DNA of 64,000 nucleotides. Origin: Octopus vulgaris (taxonomy: Eukaryota). Made by a program: the position numbers and the translations under genes. Under the pieces are notes generated by a model. It ran no database searches. It was not told where the DNA came from and saw only the letters and a program-made list of their open reading frames with translations. The stretch covers positions 11,222,001 through 11,286,000 of the forward strand of contig OX597832.1 of NCBI GenBank assembly GCA_951406725.2. The letters run 5' to 3'. Below are positions 38,557 to 52,371 of the stretch, in pieces. Position 1 is the stretch's first letter; each line of letters starts with the position of its first letter.

Positions 38557-39001
38557 TCGAGAAAAGACGAATCGAAGCTACAAAATGATCTTAATGACAT
38601 GATTTGCTGTGTCACCTCATGAATATTTTCAGACCTATCACGGATTTGCTGATCCGGTTGTATACATTATTTGGAGATACACCGGAGAACATTCCTGCTG
38701 GTTTTCAAAGCTGAGCTGATAATAAATGATGCCTTTAGGTAGGTAAACGGGTGTTTTTCATGAGAACCATATGTCCGTCCTACAAAAATTGAGCTTTGAG
38801 AAGGAAAATTGCAATGCCTAGAATATCACATATTGCACGAAACTGTGTTGTTGAATTTGTTTTGTGCCTTAATGTTGCAAATCGGAAGAAGGCTGCGTCA
38901 ATGGAATGAATATAGTCATTTAAAATGGTCACTGTAGACTCTATTTTCCACAGCTATGTAGGAGTGTGCTTGTATGTACAATTGCCTAGCACATACATAT
39001 G

Positions 39002-39093
<92 letters not shown>

Positions 39094-40186
39094 TATATAT
39101 ACTTCTAATATAGGATAAGAAATTTTCCAAAACAAATTTTATCAAAGTGGTAGCATATTCAAATAATTTTAAAGGTATTTCAGCACGATATGTATTCATG
39201 GTGAATGTATATTGTAATGTGGTGATTGACGATTTTAAGTCTATACTCAGCATATTGGTATATAATCTTTTTGCCTTTGTTTATAATTATATATATATGA
39301 ATGTGTGTGTGTGTGTGTGTGTGAATGCGTGAATGCTTATGTGACCATCTGAATTTGTATGTGCATACTTGTTTACTCAGATTATTTTTTTATTCTTTCA
39401 TTTTACCTCTGTAGTTAGTTGACATTAATACTACATTAACCCTCATTTATTTTGAATATCAAAATCACGAAAATATAAAAAGTGATATTAAAATTCTCAA
39501 GAAAACTAATATTTGTTAAACCAGAATCACACTTTAGACGCATCAAATTATATGTCACGTTAGAAGTCATCGCATAAATCGCCTAATCCAAGCTTTCGTG
39601 ATTTTTTGCTATTAATTCTATTATAATCACCATAATTAAAATTAATTTCGATTCGAAAGAACATCAATGAAAATTAAAACAAGACTCGGAAATTTGTAAG
39701 TTACACATCAATTATTTGTTGTGCGTTTTCCAAGTCCTATGTTAATTAGATAAATCATTTGATTTTGTAGACTTTCAGAAATGATGGCAAGTAAATGAAT
39801 CATTTTGGCGTATAATTATTTTTGAATACATTAAGCTAAATAAATATGCGCAAACAAAATATAACTATCTCAACTCAGAGTACTTTATTGTCAGTTGCGT
39901 ACTTTTTTTTTTTTGTATTATTTCGTTCAAGGCTTTCCAGCAGCAATTTTCAGGCAGAATTTTGTCATAATTCAGGAAATGAAAGATTATTTAATTGTAA
40001 TTCTCGGACGCCAACGCGAGAGTGTAAGTTAGGCGGTTATGAAGAAATCCAAAACAGATAATTTTCACTCTACGAGACTCTTTGAGGGAGTATGTGCACG
40101 AGTCAGTGGGAATGTGTGATTGTGGGTGTTAGTGAAATTTTGTTATAATCTTTAAAACTTTGATATACCTCCATACATACACGCAA

Positions 40187-40228
<42 letters not shown>

Positions 40229-40290
40229 CATTATTGGTGAATTGAAGAAATGGAGCTGAACGCAGATTGAACAGAAATCGTTTTATTTCA

Positions 40291-40370
40291 TTCTACACGT
40301 GTTTCGAAAGGCACAAATTACCAAAATCCGATGGAATAATGGGACCATATTGTGTGTTTCTCTTCAGGAA
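40291..40370 (-). ncRNA. Type I minimal hammerhead ribozyme, antisense copy
   Basis: Exact reverse complement of 41545-41624. Confidence 0.78.
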
Positions 40371-41544
40371 GAAAATAGGAAATCCGTTGGAAAAACAAAA
40401 ACAGAACAGAGGCGGAGCAAAAACAAATCGAACTATGCTCCTAAGAGCCCATGGCGAAACTGTTTATCAGTGTATGTTGAGAACCGGTGGCTGAAGAATT
40501 CAACGGGTCAGGCATCGGTCAATCATGTGGGTGAGGGGGCGTAGATGTTCTTTGTGACCGAGAATAAAGTTCTGACTATTTAAGGAATATTGGATGTTTT
40601 ATAAGGGGCGAGAAAAAATCTACTTAGAGACGTGTGTGTGTGTATACTGTTCTATATACGTGTGTGTTGGCGTAGGGGTAGAAAACATTTTTTGTGTACG
40701 TGTGTGCGTTTGATCGTTCGGCTGTCAGTGGCTACTGCCGTGATGACCGTTGGGTGGCAGAAAAAAAATATACATCATGTTTTATGTGTGTGTGTGTTCT
40801 CATCTAAACCTGCCTTGTCAAGGCAGTGCAACCTTTGTGTCTCCGAACTCTTCCATATTTTGTTTGCCAGAGGCCGGATGGTAAACGGGCTTTTACAGTC
40901 GGCTTTTCGATGCCCCCATTGGCGGCGTTACACTTATCTGGCTTTTAAATAGCGTTTATAAATAATACCGGCACCCATAACCCTTGGTAACAAATTCTGA
41001 AATAGCCTTTAAGATATCTACGATTAACCACTGCAAGGGGAATTACTCCTGTAAGACAAACGGGGCTTGGTTTTTTCACAGCGGGGGGTTTCCTTGACAA
41101 GGCAGGTTTAGATGAGAACACACACACACATAAAACATGATGTATATTTTTTTTCTGCCACCCAACGGTCATCACGGCAGTAGCCACTGACAGCCGAACG
41201 ATCAAACGCACACACGTACACAAAAAATGTTTTCTACCCCTACGCCAACACACACATATATAGAACAGTATACACACACACACGTCTCTAAGTAGATTTT
41301 TTCTCGCCCCTTATAAAACATCCAATATTCCTTAAATAGTCAGAACTTTATTCTCGGTCACAAAGAACATCTACGCCCCCTCACCCACATGATTGACCGA
41401 TGCCTGACCCGTTGAATTCTTCAGCCACCGGTTCTCAACATACACTGATAAACAGTTTCGCCATGGGCTCTTAGGAGCATAGTTCGATTTGTTTTTGCTC
41501 CGCCTCTGTTCTGTTTTTGTTTTTCCAACGGATTTCCTATTTTC

Positions 41545-41624
41545 TTCCTGAAGAGAAACACACAATATGGTCCCATTATTCCATCGGATTTTGGTAATTT
41601 GTGCCTTTCGAAACACGTGTAGAA
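41545..41624 (+). ncRNA. Type I minimal hammerhead ribozyme
   Basis: ttc-CTGAAGA (41548-41554), helix II gaaa.cacacaa/ttgtg..tttc with a long loop, GAAA (41610-41613), palindromic helix III ACACGTGT, cleavage triplet GTA (41619-41621), then gaa pairing with ttc. All core residues canonical. Confidence 0.8.
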
Positions 41625-41838
41625 TGAAATAAAACGATTTCTGTTCAATCTGCGTTCAGCTCCATTTCTTCAATTCACCAATAATGTTCTAATTTCAATT
41701 ATCCGCACCAACGCACGGTTGCAACACCATATGGTTGTACCTCCAACCGTGCTGTTTTACTGCTGTGATTTTTGCTACTAAGGTATCGGTTAAACTTTTG
41801 ATTAATCTACTACAAGATTATTCATCTTTCTATTTCAC

Positions 41839-41872
<34 letters not shown>

Positions 41873-41877
<5 letters not shown>

Positions 41878-42118
41878 TTTTCTTCCAAGGAATCTAATGC
41901 TCTTAGTTTAGTTTTTTCGTTGGGGCTGGCCAGATTGGAGTAATCTCTAGAATGATCAGCCGAAATTGCAAGGATAATCTGGTTCTTGACTGAAGATAGA
42001 AAACTTCGAATGACCTGTTCTTGTTTTCTTTGTACCGTCTATCTGGATGTTTTGTTGTCCTTCTTTGTATCACGTAGTTGACCGGATGTTTTGCGTTATT
42101 GTCCCATTTTGCATTTTA
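41873..42118 (+). mobile_element. Interspersed repeat in (TA)n, probable PLE terminal fragment, copy 1
   Basis: Reverse-complement homologue at 54846-55105. Both are bordered by TA-rich microsatellites. Confidence 0.6.
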
Positions 42119-42127
42119 TATACATAC

Positions 42128-42177
<50 letters not shown>

Positions 42178-43069
42178 AAAATCAGCCGTAATATGTTAAA
42201 CTGGGATAAAACTTGCATGCCTAACGCGCTATTGTACGATGTGTTTCCACATATCTGAAATAAACCAAACTGAGTGAGGTACACCGAGATGCACACACAT
42301 ATATAATTGTATGCGTGGGCATGCGTACGGTAACAGAAATGGTACTAGCAAAGCATCTGCCCTTAAGCATATTGGAGACAGTTATGTCGTAAATTGCGAA
42401 ACTAAAAGTACATGAAGTCATGACGTGTTTTATGTGGCGGCTTAATCCTGACGTGCTAAATGTATCTGAACTTTCATCTGATATCTTTATTTGATTTGAA
42501 ACAACACTTTCTTTTCATACTCCCCGAAATCTTCAACTCCCCTTGTTATTGGAGCTGGATTTACTTCTATTTTATTCTCGCGTATTTCTTGATGAATTCA
42601 TTTATAGTTGTAGCCAAATGTTTTGAATATTATAAAGAATCGTTGTTGCTTTTCATACGACAGATTCATTGCAATTTAACGAGCATAACATGTTTCAGGC
42701 ATTTGTTGATTTCGGATTTATATTTTATGTTATATCATGTTTCTTCTCCTTATTTTCATTTAGTCGTGTTTTCGTTATCGATTTCCTAAAGGATTAACAA
42801 CATCTTATATTATTTTTATATCAGATTGTTTCAATCTTGTTCGTTCGGGGTTTGCTATACATATGCAACCTATATTCTTTGCAACTACACAATCTACTGC
42901 ACATATTTCTTTTATTGCCTTGATATTAAATTGTGCATCTTTGTCTTTCATCCTTCCGAGAACAATAATTTAATTACCAGATTGATGCTGGATAGCTTTA
43001 ATTGCATAAACACTTTTCTGAAATGTGCAGGCATTTTACCAAAAATAGGAACCATTAGTATTGGTTCAG

Positions 43070-43520
43070 AGGATGAAGTGGTGAGCCATGAGTTGAGACT
43101 GAGTCTCAAAGTCACGGTCGTCACTACAGAGCCTGCGTAGATGGAGGAATAGGAATAGGGGATGGGAAGCTTGGTATGTTTAGGGTGGGAGGTGGAGAAG
43201 TTGAGTTATGAGTGTGAGTCTGTGTTTGTAGTGGATGGAGGTGGTGGGAGTGGAGTGAAGAATGGTGACCGAAATGTCAAGAAAGGAGACAAAGGTGTCA
43301 GAGATAGTGCAAAAGAAGAGGAGAGCCGACTGGAAAGATTTGACAAAAGAGAGGAAGGAGTCTAGATGTTTGCAGGAGAGTGAGGTCGCACCGATGCAGT
43401 CTTCAATGTAACGGCCGTATAGTTCGGGAGTGGGGCCAGTGAAACTTGAGAATATTTGGACCTCAACGTAGCCAACGAAGACGGTCGCATAGTTGGGCCC
43501 CATTCTCGTACCCATGGCCA
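43070..43520 (-). mobile_element. Penelope-like reverse transcriptase fragment (Neptune-like)
   Basis: VAMGTRMGPNYATVFVGYVE...YGRYIEDCIG...VSFLDISV...TSIHYK, then after a frameshift TDSHS*LNFSTSHPKHTK.PIPYS. These are PLE RT and thumb motifs; catalytic YIDD is mutated to YIED. Confidence 0.88.
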
Positions 43521-43541
43521 CTCTCTCTCTTTCTCTCTCCC

Positions 43542-43607
<66 letters not shown>

Positions 43608-43749
43608 AAATATTATTCAATTGAAGTTGGAAACACTTCAGAAACTGTTATTCATAGTTTCACTTCCTTGATTTTCAAATGTCTTAAAACACTGCGCAAC
43701 GATTTCTGAAATCATTTCGGCTTCATCAATAGTATATATATATATATAT

Positions 43750-44153
43750 ACTCTTTTACTTGTTTCAGTCATTTGACTGCGGCCATGCTGGAGCCCCGCC
43801 TTTAGTCGAGCAAATCGACCCCGGAACTTATTCTTTGTAAGCCCAGTACTTATTCTATCAGTCTCTTTTGCCGAACCGCAGACGGGGACGTAAACACTCC
43901 AGCATCGGTTGTCAAGCAATGCTAGGGGGACAAACACAGACACACAAACACACACACATGCATATATATAGATAGATACATACATATATACGACAGGCTT
44001 CTTTCAGTTTCCGTCTACCAAATCCACTCACAAGGCATTGGTCGGCCCGGGCTATAGCAGAAGACACTTGACCAAGATGCCACGCAGTGGGACTGAACCC
44101 GGAACTATGTGGTTGTTTAGCAAGCTACTTACCACACTGCCACTCCTGCGCCT
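43750..44153 (-). mobile_element. SINE family A, full length
   Basis: Homologous to 11452-11876. Confidence 0.92.
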
Positions 44154-45239
44154 GAATATATATTATTCTTTAACAATAATTGGATTGATAGTGATTTCGA
44201 TGTTTTGTCCAGCTAAGCCATCATCGAACTGTGATGTATTAACTTAAACTTGGCTTTGTATAGTCTCTGTAGAGAAAATATATTTCTGGATTGGTGGGGT
44301 TCAGTTGAATAGTAATTAAGTTGTAAGTTGGGTAGTGATGGAGAGGTATTGTGTTTTCAGTTTTATTGATTCAATTCGGGATTGTAATTGTTTATAATTT
44401 ATTCATGCGTGTAGAACTTTGTAAACATGTGTGTATATTTAGGTGTCAGCTTCAGGTCATAGTCTTTTTTTATTTTATTTATTTATTTTGTGACTCACAA
44501 AAAGGAAATAGTTAGGTGTTGGAAGTTAATTTGTCAGCGAATGTAAATTAAGTTTTTTGGTATTTTCGGATTATTCGATTTAATCGTTTGCTTTGGGAAT
44601 GTAAAGATCAGATTTCAAAATTTAATCCACCATTCAAACACCTAGTAATCGGGTATGTTAGCTTCTTTTGTAATGGAATTTTTAGGGGGTCACAAAAGCA
44701 TGTTAGTAGGAAGTATGTTTTAGCTGGTCAGTGAGTATTCTTTAATACTATTTAGGTTATTTCTTGTTTGTATTTGGAAGGTGAATTTTACTAATCGAAC
44801 ACACCATGGTGTTATAAGCATAGAAATTATTTAATCTTGTGCTTTGATGTTCCCATGACTTTGTGTGAAGGCGTAAATTTTGCTGTTAAAATATTTCTAA
44901 GTAGGGGTTTGCTGTTTTATAAGCAATTCAAGTAATATGTAGAAATTTTAACCTTTGTGTTTTAGGGTTGCAGGGTTTGTTGCGTATGTTTTTACAAATA
45001 TCTTTAAATACCGTTTCTAATGTATCATTTTTATGATATATTATCATCTGCAGTTGGGTTAGCTGGCTGAAATTTCTAAGTTACTCTCAATAGTATTTTT
45101 GTCAAAGAATAATAAATTTTTACTCTACAGAATTACGGAGTAATCCTTCAGCATTATGTAGAATTTATGTTACCATAACTGAACATATAAACAAAGACTG
45201 ATTTGATTTATACGCGCCTGAGCAGATATAACTGCCTTT

Positions 45240-45297
<58 letters not shown>

Positions 45298-45965
45298 AAA
45301 GGCAGTTATATATATATATATATATAATTGTCTTAGTGGTGTGGTGTGTGGGTCTGTAGAAGCCGTCTGCGTTATTACAAAATTATGGAAAGCCATGAAT
45401 CTTTTGAATATATGAATACTTGTTCCATTAACGAAAACATTATTGCCTAGATGTCTTAAAGTTCGTGACGAAAACTTATCTATATTTTACGTATTTATTC
45501 TTCGCATCAGAGTGTGAATGAATTATAAATAACTATGGCCATATAAGCATTGTTTCTTTAATCAATCAATGTCATATCTGTCGTGATCAATGTATATCTA
45601 TAATTTGTCATTGATGAAAATAAACAATATATAGTGAGATTTATTTTCAGTCATTTTATATTTTATCACCATCCATCAAGTATTAAGTCTTCTCTGATGA
45701 GTTACCTTATAAATGTCTAACAAACATTTGCCAATATATATTGAATTGTGGATTCCTTAGTATTCTAGGCGTTTTTTCTTTTTTAAATGTGTTCTGAAAG
45801 CATTTGTACACTCTATGGATTTTGATAGAGATTGAGAAGGCAAAGTTGTTTATGAATGCGTACACATATGTTTGTTTTTTTTTTTGTTTTTTTCGGATAA
45901 TTACTCCATTACGTTAAAGTGCAATTTTGTGTATATTTTCTAAGGTGTTCGTGATTTTGCGCTGA

Positions 45966-46155
45966 AATTATTATTATTATTATTATTATTGTTATTATTA
46001 TTGTTATTATTATTGTTATTATTATTATTGTTGTTATTATTATTGTTATTATTATTGTTATTATTATTGTTAGTATTATTATTATTATTATTGTTAGTAT
46101 TATTATTATTGTCGTTATTATCATTATTATTATTGTTAGTATTATTATTATTGTC

Positions 46156-46187
<32 letters not shown>

Positions 46188-46190
46188 CTT
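45966..46190. repeat. (ATT)n/(GTT)n repeat
   Basis: Direct inspection. Confidence 0.95.
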
Positions 46191-46614
46191 GATAGAGTGT
46201 GATGGTTTTCGTGTTTCATTTTTTGTTTTTTTTTTGTTATTGATATAGCATTTTCTATAATTTGTAGTACACAATTTCTCTAAATTGTTTTTTTATTCCC
46301 ATTCCAAGCTCATAATTCATCATCAGAGTTGTCCTTGCTGCCAAAAAAAAAAAGATTTTTTTTTCTGTTTTTAATTTCTTTATTTATTTATTGTATATAT
46401 AAAACTTGAGATTCCGGCATATTCATCATACAGACCTTGTTACCTGACAGTTACTTATACTTTCGACACAGAAACTTGAGTCGAACGGCGAAGCCCAGTG
46501 TTATTTAGGCTCAAAAATGATTTTACCAATCGGCCGGTGATAATTAAATTTCCTTCGCCATCATTGTACATTGGGTGATTCTTCATTTACTTATAGTTCC
46601 CCTAAAATTTTCCA

Positions 46615-47020
46615 TACTCTTTTACTTGTTTCAGTCATTTGACTGCGGCCATGCTGGAGCACCGCCTTTAGTCGAGCAAATCGACCCCGGGACTTATTCT
46701 TTGTAAGCCCAGTACTTATTCTATCGGTCTCCTTTGCCGAACTGCTAAGTGACGGTGATGTAAACACACCAGCATCGGTTGTCAAGCAATTCTAGGGGGA
46801 CAAACACAGACACACAAACACACACACATACACATATATACATATATATATATACATATATACGACATGCTTCTTTTAGTTTCCGTCTACCAAATTCACT
46901 CACAAGGCATTGGTCGGCCCGGGGCTATAGCAGAAGACACTTGCCCAAGATGCCACGCAGTGGGACTGAACCCGGAACCATGTGGTTGGTTAGCAAGCTA
47001 CTTACCTCACAGCCACTCCT
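46615..47020 (-). mobile_element. SINE family A
   Basis: Homologous to other family A copies. Confidence 0.92.
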
Positions 47021-47719
47021 GAATTAATATTATTTATAGGAAATGGATTCAGAGTGCATTAACTGAAGGATTGTTTAAATGAAGTATCGTCTATGGAGTT
47101 GTCCAATATCTTAGAAATAACAGTAAAACATCTCTCATATAATAAGGTTTCTTTTAACAAAAATGAATGGCTCCTTATAATCCGGATACACTGAGAACAA
47201 CGAGTGCTGCCAACCAGAATTTCAGTTATTATAAACATGCTCGACATTTAAATAAATGGGAAATTCGAAACGAACAACAATCTAATACCTACTACGTGTA
47301 TTACTAAGAGTTTTAATAAACTATTGGTAAATAGTTTCAGTATATGAAACGTTTTGAAATCCGTTTGAATACGTGTTTCTCTATACATAAAGTATTCAGG
47401 ACCAGATGAAATTCTCAGTGACACTCGAACAATTATCACCTGCATTCTCACCTGTAATCCTATACAGTACATCAAGCATTCTAGTCTCTATTCTTTGAGC
47501 GTTAATAATTGCTTGAGCCTACCTTGACATTTGCTACTCATTTTTTGTTTATCTTTAGTAAATGAATTTAAAGAAGAAATGAAAACATCCACGTATGATT
47601 TTTTTTGTTTACTCGAGGATTAGCATAAATTTCTTGAAAAGATTCTGATATATTTGCGCGCGCGCACAAGTGTGTGTATACATATTTTTACACACAAACT
47701 TCCATACGCATACTTACAA

Positions 47720-47873
47720 CACACGCGCACATACATACATACATACATATATATATATACATACATATATATATGCATAAATATGTATATACATACATAT
47801 ATATAAACATATATATACAGATATGTGTATATATATACATATATATGTATATATATATATATATACATATAAG

Positions 47874-47907
<34 letters not shown>

Positions 47908-48020
47908 TATATACATATATATATATACATATAAGTATATATATACATATATATATATACATATATATATATACATATATATATATATGTATATATGTAT
48001 ATATATATATATATATATAT
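47720..48020. repeat. Complex (TA)n microsatellite
   Basis: Direct inspection. Confidence 0.95.
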
Positions 48021-50339
48021 CAGTCGTAAAATGAGTGACATTCATTTTATAAACGAGTTGATTTATTTTCATTCTTACACCTGCAACTTGTTATACACTG
48101 TATCCTAAATTCACATATCTTTGCTTAATTGAAGTTTTATACATGTAATTAAAATATATTTTACATAATGAAAATATTACATATAAATGCAGCCAGGAAA
48201 GCTGACCATGGCCCATCGTGTTCAGTTAGATGTACTTCAAAATATATTTCCTACATCCCTCATAAACGTTTATTTGGAGGTGAAGGTTACTTCTACGCAT
48301 CAGAAATGAAAGACATAAAATTTTGCAGTATAATAGTTGGAATTGAAGCTAGAAAACAGAAGTGTTTAGAAATTTTTTAGAAAAATTGTTCTTCTATGGG
48401 AGATATGTAATTTTGAATGAAGCTAATAATTCAGTTCATTATTTCAATGTTATTTTTCTTAATATTCTTTTTTATTGCACTACATATTAACCAATAACAG
48501 ATGGTTTTATCAATATAGTAATTAATAAGCAATTATAAGTATAAAAAAACGTAAGTGAACAATATTTAATACGAACTTTTGCAGTTATAGATATGGTCCA
48601 ATTAATTACTTCACTGAGAAAATGTTCAAAAGCATATGAAATAAAGTAAGCTATATATTTATTCCCATTAAATATATATTCTTTTTTTTTTTTCTTCAAA
48701 ATTCTGCCTTATCATTAAATATTGTGAATGTGCTCTAATAATTTTTGCTCTTTAGAAAATATGAGAATTTAACCTTTTTGGTGAATACTACACAATTACT
48801 GTATTTGAGATATTAACAAGAAAGAAATTATGCGACACATTTCACTTCATAACTTTCAAGTAATTCTGTATCAACTTTTCTCACATATTTGTTATGTAGT
48901 TGTTGTAGTATTTTCTCTTTCTTTATATTTATTACTTAATACTATATGCTCTATATTTTTACATAATCTTGTTGCATCTGCTATTCTGGCCTAATTCATT
49001 TAGGAGCTATTGAAATTTTCACTTCCATGCTGTGTATCTTAGACTGATCACCTTATTTATCTCATGAAAGAAAAATATAACCAACTCATATGGTTATCTT
49101 TAAATAGATTTTTAGGTACGTATTGCAATATTGGCTCACAACTGTACATTTTATTAACGTATGACAGGAAATTTTCCTTAGATGTGTCAGCTGACAAGAG
49201 TCAAGCTATCAAACATTCGAACATTACTCGTCAAAGAACACTTTATATGTGAATTAGTTATTGTATAAATATTGAAATAGTGTTGATACTTTTCATTTTT
49301 TCATACATTATAAGCATCTAGAAAATATTATTAAACACTTATGTACCAGAAGTTAAGATGTTATTAGAAAAAATGGTGTTCTTGTGAAATTAATAAACGC
49401 ATATAATACTACTTTAAGCTATTCAGTACATTTTCAATAAATAAGTATATTTTTTTAGCACCACGTACATTGTCGGCCATTTTTGCTAGATTACTTTTAA
49501 AGACCATCAAGTGCACATGATTAAAACCTAAAGCGAAGAAAAAAACAACGGATAAATATTCTCGTTTTCTATGTACTTCGAAAACAAAATGCTCCTTAGA
49601 ATATAATTAATTCTTCTTCAACAGATTCTAAATTTAATCAATATAATTGAAGATGTGCAATTAATTAATATAAAAAATGAATACATAAGATGTTTGTTGC
49701 TCTATAGCATTTCAATATTTCAATCTTCAAAATTTGTGAACATATTCGTGTGTGTAATTATTTGTTTCTATAATTATTTTCAGAAGAACCCAGACAGTAT
49801 TTTTAATGTTTATCCATATAAATGTGTGAGACTGTGTGTGAGAGAGAGAGTGCGGGTATGTATGCATGTCTGTGCAATGTGTATGCGTGCATGTGCAAAG
49901 GTGTGCGCGTGTGTGGGGACATGCCTGTTCATAAAAGACAGACTTTGGGATTATTGTTTACCGGCTTATTGGTTCTGACGGTTGATTGAAGTCCTTTCAT
50001 TTTCATAATTTTGTTGCTATAAGTAATACAAATATTTTTCACAAATATTCTATTCAGTGTGAACGATGCGAAGTTTAACAAAGTGAGAAAAGTATTTGGT
50101 AATCGTAATCTAGTCAATATACTGCAAAATTACGTATAGAATATTAAATAAGTCGTGAATGAAGCCAGGGCTTAGAAGAAGATGTGAAGAGAGATAGAGA
50201 TGGAGAGAGAATAAGAATGTATGAGATGGTGTGGTTAGTGAAGATAGTCGCGTAAATATAGTGGGAGACTTGCAGTATATTATGTAATAGAGTATTCAAT
50301 GAAATAGTAAACTACTGATTAATGGAAATAATGAGCGCA

Positions 50340-50640
50340 GGTGGTTAATGTAGGTGATAGGAGAGTACTTTGTCTGAGGATAAAGAGATGATGATGGAGA
50401 AAATAATAATCAAACGGCAAGAAAGTTGTAAACAGCATCGTAATGGGGCGGGGAGAAGGATTTCCATTGAGGTGTGCTTATAAAGAAGAATTATCAAAAT
50501 GTCTTGACTATAAAGGGAATTCAGAGGAACTAGATTTGTTAAGATTGACCTAAATTGTTTGGAGAAAATCGCAGTAAGGACGGTGGAAATGGAGAAGATA
50601 TAAATATAGAACAGGAAAGACTGGTTCTCCATCCATTTTC
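50340..50640 (-). mobile_element. Possible highly decayed CR1/L2-group LINE 3' end
   Basis: Weak motifs SFLFYIY and RHFDNS/FFIST..WKS resembling LFYxY and NSFFxRTxxxWNxLP. Confidence 0.3.
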
Positions 50641-51929
50641 TCCAGTCCTTTCCAAGCTATTGACTCTACTTTCTCCCTTCTATCTTTCTCATCCTCAATT
50701 TTCCAGACGAGTGACTATACATATAGTTATACTGTCTCTCATCCTTTCGATTTTTCTCACGCGATGTTCGATAGTGCAAAACGTCAGGTGTCTTTTTGTC
50801 ACGACATGAAACATCGATTTTCAAAACATCTGAATATTTGTATGACTTTTTGACTACACATAACAACATTTATTTCCTCGGTTTCTACTCTTTTACTTAA
50901 CTAAGTAAATTTGTTGAATAAACAAACACTTTCATTTAATGAACGGATAGAGATAACTATTTTGCTTCTTTTTTTTTTTTCACAGTATCAGTTTCTGAAA
51001 TGAAAGCGATGATTTTTGTGGTTGTTATGATTGTAGTTCTTTAACACCAGATCAACAATCACTGAATTCATCTCTGTACGAGGGTGTTGCATTTGTTACT
51101 ACCCTGTCTTATTTTTAAATATAGTTAGTTCATTTACAGCTACAATATCAAATGTTATCTTCATTGCGTAAAACAAGAAAATGTGTTGATGTATGTGTGT
51201 TTAAGGTAGATTAGGCTGATATTCATAGTAGGTCAAGTGGCCTCCTTCGTTGGCTTGTTTATCATTAGTTAACGTACGTATGTAATGAATTAGTGGTATG
51301 ATACATGATATTCGATAAATTTCTTATTCACTTCTTTATAATTTATGATATATTTATACAGTAATTGGATTGCTAGTTATCATAGTAGGAGAAGAAAAAT
51401 TCCATTCTCTAATTCACAACATAGTGAGCTCTTTGAACTTTATATTATGATACCTTGGAAAACTCCATGAACAAAATTATTTACGAAGTAATTGCTAAGA
51501 TCATAAACACTATTTTCAGCAACTCCTTAGAAAAGGGGGGTGAGAGAAAGAAAAGTTTGCATCAGATGTAATTCGAACCTTGTATATATCTCTTACTGGG
51601 AAAGTGCAAAGCAGAAGATACAAGAAATTACCTGCGATAATCACTCCTACCCTCTACACTGTTCTCCCCACCCCCGGTCTCTCAAATAACTTACTTAAAT
51701 GTATGCTTTTTGTTGTTTACTTTTAAATGTATCATAGAATTGTCTTTTAATTTATCTCCGCAAAGAGTTCATTACTCTAAATTCCCTAAATACAAGAATG
51801 TTTGTGTACTTGCAGGTGTATTTAAGCATTATATGAGTAGTATATCATATATATATGTATTGCTAAAATTTCAAACACCGTATATTACTTGCTGATGTCA
51901 GGACAAATTAGTTTTAAAATCGGTATCAA

Positions 51930-52122
51930 ATTTTAGCACAAGCCCTGCAATTTCGGAGCAGTGGTTAAATCTATTACGTTAACTTCTGCACTAGCTGGTA
52001 CATGTTTTATTGGCCCCGAAAGGAAGAAGGCGAGTTGATGTCGACGGAATTTCAACGCAGAACATAACGACCAGTTGAAAGCCGTTAAAAGCATTTTGTC
52101 GAGCGTGCTAACAATTCTACCA
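51930..52122 (-). mobile_element. Degenerate SINE family B relative
   Basis: ggccccgaaaggaagaaggcgagttga...gcgtgctaacaattctaccacc. Confidence 0.6.
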
Positions 52123-52159
<37 letters not shown>

Positions 52160-52163
<4 letters not shown>

Positions 52164-52371
52164 AAAAAGGTAAGATAACAAAAGAAAGAAGGAGACCTCG
52201 ATATTATGTAAATAGAGGAATTTATCTGTAAATGTAATATGTGACAATTATTCGGTAACCATGATAAAACTCCGAGTTTCGGATGCCGAGGTAGAAATTC
52301 ACGCCGCCATCTTTTCATTTATCCGGCCTTCGGAACAACGCTATGAACAATGATCTTTTTATAGCACACAT

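Larger units (their letters stand above)
40227..41845 (+). mobile_element. 5'-truncated Penelope-like retroelement (Naiad-like) with inverted terminal-repeat copy
   Basis: Arms 40227-40823 and 41092-41688 are reverse complements (597 bp; one mismatch seen). The spacer encodes RQCNLCVSELFHILF...VN...CPH...* (stop 40950-40952), like the CxLCxxE...N...CxH end of PLE GIY-YIG domains. 3' extension to about 41845. (TA)n on both sides. Confidence 0.82.

Noticed and set aside
40953-41545. SECIS element, since some Naiad PLEs encode selenoproteins
   Set aside because: Cys codons in the retained fragment are TGC/TGT, and I could not find an ATGA...AA...GA stem by eye. SECISearch would settle it.
40267-41648. 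Duplicated 75-aa and 81-aa ORFs as paralogous genes
   Set aside because: They are the antisense reading of the PLE terminal repeat in the two inverted arms.
43600-43735. Additional hammerhead-like strings (ttgatga...gaaa)
   Set aside because: Helices could not be formed convincingly.
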